Shown here one piece after another: positions 26,407 to 28,172 of a stretch of DNA of 28,172 bases. Source of the DNA: Candidatus Coatesbacteria bacterium (GTDB lineage: Bacteria; B130-G9); the NCBI GenBank assembly GCA_003647755.1, contig QMNL01000001.1:1-28172 (forward strand), read 5' to 3'. Every line of letters starts with the position of its first letter. The stretch's first letter is position 1. The position numbers and the translations under genes are program-made. Under the pieces are notes generated by a model. That model had not been told where the DNA came from, did no database searches, and saw only the letters and a list, made by a program, of their open reading frames with translations.

Positions 26407-26625
26407 TCGTTTTCACCTCCTGTTCGCGCAGGAATCAAGTTTACTGCTGACAGAAGATCGTAGCTAGAACGCATTTCTTTCTGCATGCAGCTCCTCAGGC
26501 AATAGGTCCTTTGGACTTTGCCCCGGACCTGGCCACTAGCCGCTCTCCAGGAAATTGACACAGCGTATTGAGTAGATTCGACACTGCTTTGTCAACAAAA
26601 GACCATCCCGTCTGTGCGCCAGCAA

Positions 26626-27549
26626 CTAGTCCCTCGGCACGGCGAGCATGCGCTCTATCGGGCGCCGGGCCCGCTCAGCGATGTCCGGCGGGATCCGGAC
26701 GGGATAACTGTCCTTCTCAAGCGAGCGCACGATCGATTGCAGCGTGGTCATCTTCATGTTCGGGCAGAGAAGCGCTGCGGACGGGCAATAGAAGCGCTTG
26801 CCGGGATTTTGCTTCGATAGTGGATATAGCATGCCGACCTCGGTGGTGACGATGAACTCATCCGCGTCAGATTCCCTGGCGAACTTCAGCATCCCCGCGG
26901 TTGAGAGCGCCGCATCAGAGAGCTCGACAACGTCCAGCGGGCACTCGGGATGGGTCATCACCAGGGCATCAGGGTGTTTTTTCTTTGCAGCCCGAATCTC
27001 GTCCGCCTTAACGTAATGGTGCGCAGGGCAGAACCCCTTCCATAGAATCACCTCGCGGCCGGCCATCTTCCCTGCATACTCGCCGAGGTGCATGTCGGGC
27101 ACGAAGACGATCGGTTTAGACTTCGGCAGAGACCTAAGAACGGACACGGCGTTTGCCGACGTGCAGCATACATCGCTCTCGGCCTTCACCTCGGCCGTCG
27201 AGTTCACGTAGGTAACAACAAGGCTTCCCGGATGCTTCTCCTTCATGTCCCGGACCTCCGCCGCCGTCGCCATGTGCGCCATCGGGCATGACGCCCGCTC
27301 CTCCGGGATGAGAACAAGCTTCTCCGGAGCGAGGACCGCCGCCGTCTGCGCCATGAAATCTACGCCGCAGAATACTATGACGTCTGCGTCGCTCTCGGCA
27401 GCCTTCCGCGACAGGCCCAGCGAATCGCCCTGAAAGTCGGCTATGTCCTGAATGACAGCTGGCTGGTAATTGTGGGCCAGGATTATGGCGTTTCGCTTGC
27501 GCCTGAGCCTGTCAATCGCCTCAATCAATCTATCGTTCTCGCTGGTCAT
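26626..27549 (-). CDS. nadA: Quinolinate synthase
   Basis: LAHNYQ, GDSL.LS, FCGVDFMA, three Fe-S cysteines (ASCPM, GFCPAH, LCPNMK), YVNS and HPEC. Confidence 0.96.
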   Translation of the reverse strand: MTSENDRLIEAIDRLRRKRNAIILAHNYQPAVIQDIADFQGDSLGLSRKAAESDADVIVFCGVDFMAQTAAVLAPEKLVLIPEERASCPMAHMATAAEVRDMKEKHPGSLVVTYVNSTAEVKAESDVCCTSANAVSVLRSLPKSKPIVFVPDMHLGEYAGKMAGREVILWKGFCPAHHYVKADEIRAAKKKHPDALVMTHPECPLDVVELSDAALSTAGMLKFARESDADEFIVTTEVGMLYPLSKQNPGKRFYCPSAALLCPNMKMTTLQSIVRSLEKDSYPVRIPPDIAERARRPIERMLAVPRD

Positions 27550-27653
27550 CTCTTCCTTCTCTCGCTGATGCGACCAAATAAATACTAAAACAGAAGCCCG
27601 ACTCAGGCGTTAATAGAATCAAACATTTGAGCACCGGCAGGCATCCTCAGCCT

Positions 27654-28172
27654 CTAATTCGAGGTCTGGGGCTTCGGGCTGTCTGCAAACGCTATTTTAA
27701 GTGCTTCCTCAATGTGGGTCACAAAATGAAACTTGAGCCCCGCCTTGATCTTGTCCTCAACCTCCGAAAACTCCTTCTGATTCTCCGCCGGAAGTAGGAC
27801 CTCCGTTATCCCAGCTCGCTGCGCAGCGAGTATCTTCTCCTTCAAGCCGCCAATTGGCAAGATGTTGCCACGTAGCGTGATCTCGCCGGTCATCGCAACA
27901 TTCGCCCTGACCGGTCTTTTGCTCAGAGCCGATATCAATGCAACTGCGATCGTTATACCAGCTGATGGGCCATCTTTCGGAATCGCACCCGCTGGAACGT
28001 GAATATGGATGTCCATCTTGGAGTGGAAGTCTGCCGGAAGACCAAACTCCTCTGCCCTTGAGCGCGCAAAGCTTCTCGCCGCCTGTGCCGATTCCTTCAT
28101 CACCTCCCCAAGATGGCCCGTCAAAAGAAGCTGACCACTGCCCGGCATCGTCGCAACCTCGATGAAAAGCAC
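27654..28172 (-). CDS. lon: Lon protease, C-terminal proteolytic domain (5' end outside the window)
   Basis: [32 protein letters not shown] (catalytic Ser), [10 protein letters not shown] and IGGLKEK (catalytic Lys). Confidence 0.96.
   Translation of the reverse strand: MLFIEVATMPGSGQLLLTGHLGEVMKESAQAARSFARSRAEEFGLPADFHSKMDIHIHVPAGAIPKDGPSAGITIAVALISALSKRPVRANVAMTGEITLRGNILPIGGLKEKILAAQRAGITEVLLPAENQKEFSEVEDKIKAGLKFHFVTHIEEALKIAFADSPKPQTSN

Noticed and set aside
25490-26532. Imperfect inverted repeats flanking the HNH gene (CCAGGTCCCGGCAA at 25490-25503; TTGCCCCGGACCTGG at 26518-26532) as element ends
   Set aside because: They match as only 8+5 bp with an indel, there is no target duplication or transposase, and this is compatible with chance.
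27340-27380. NadA motif CGVDFMAQTA differing from GVHFMAETA
   Set aside because: GVDFMAE occurs in known active NadA, and all Fe-S Cys and catalytic His/Tyr/Glu motifs are present.
24364-27549. Phage-type NAD reconstitution (NARP) or Thoeris/SIR2-linked defence system
   Set aside because: There is no Adps/Namat, Nampt-Nmnat pair, SIR2 or TIR gene; pncB and nadA look like ordinary host NAD genes.

Overview
A 28 kb bacterial chromosomal segment made mostly of housekeeping genes, with two accessory blocks in the middle. Left arm (minus strand): pckA, then clpX-yicC-yhaM-asnS (asnS runs off the left edge). Centre left: a cell-surface glycan module in which a B12-binding radical SAM gene and a Wzx-type flippase (plus strand) converge on a 1113-aa O-antigen-ligase-like/TPR protein. 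Centre: a six-gene minus-strand signalling operon (pseudo-receiver-GGDEF, PAS-GAF-PAS kinase, single-domain receiver, REC-PAS hybrid kinase, HDOD, and a GAF-DHp-degenerate HD-GYP fusion). Right arm: rsmE, a TIGR00725/LOG-family gene, acyP, apt, a STAS protein and a nicotinate phosphoribosyltransferase (plus strand), then an HNH nuclease with an unrecognised N-terminal domain, nadA and the 3' end of lon (minus strand). Not shown in the ORF track: asnS at 1-673, two unrelated REP/REPIN-like inverted-repeat elements (6381-6583 and 21275-21412), each in a divergent promoter region, and a probable ATA start codon for the radical SAM gene. No rRNA, tRNA, CRISPR array or transposase was seen. All calls come from motif reading by eye; no searches were run.
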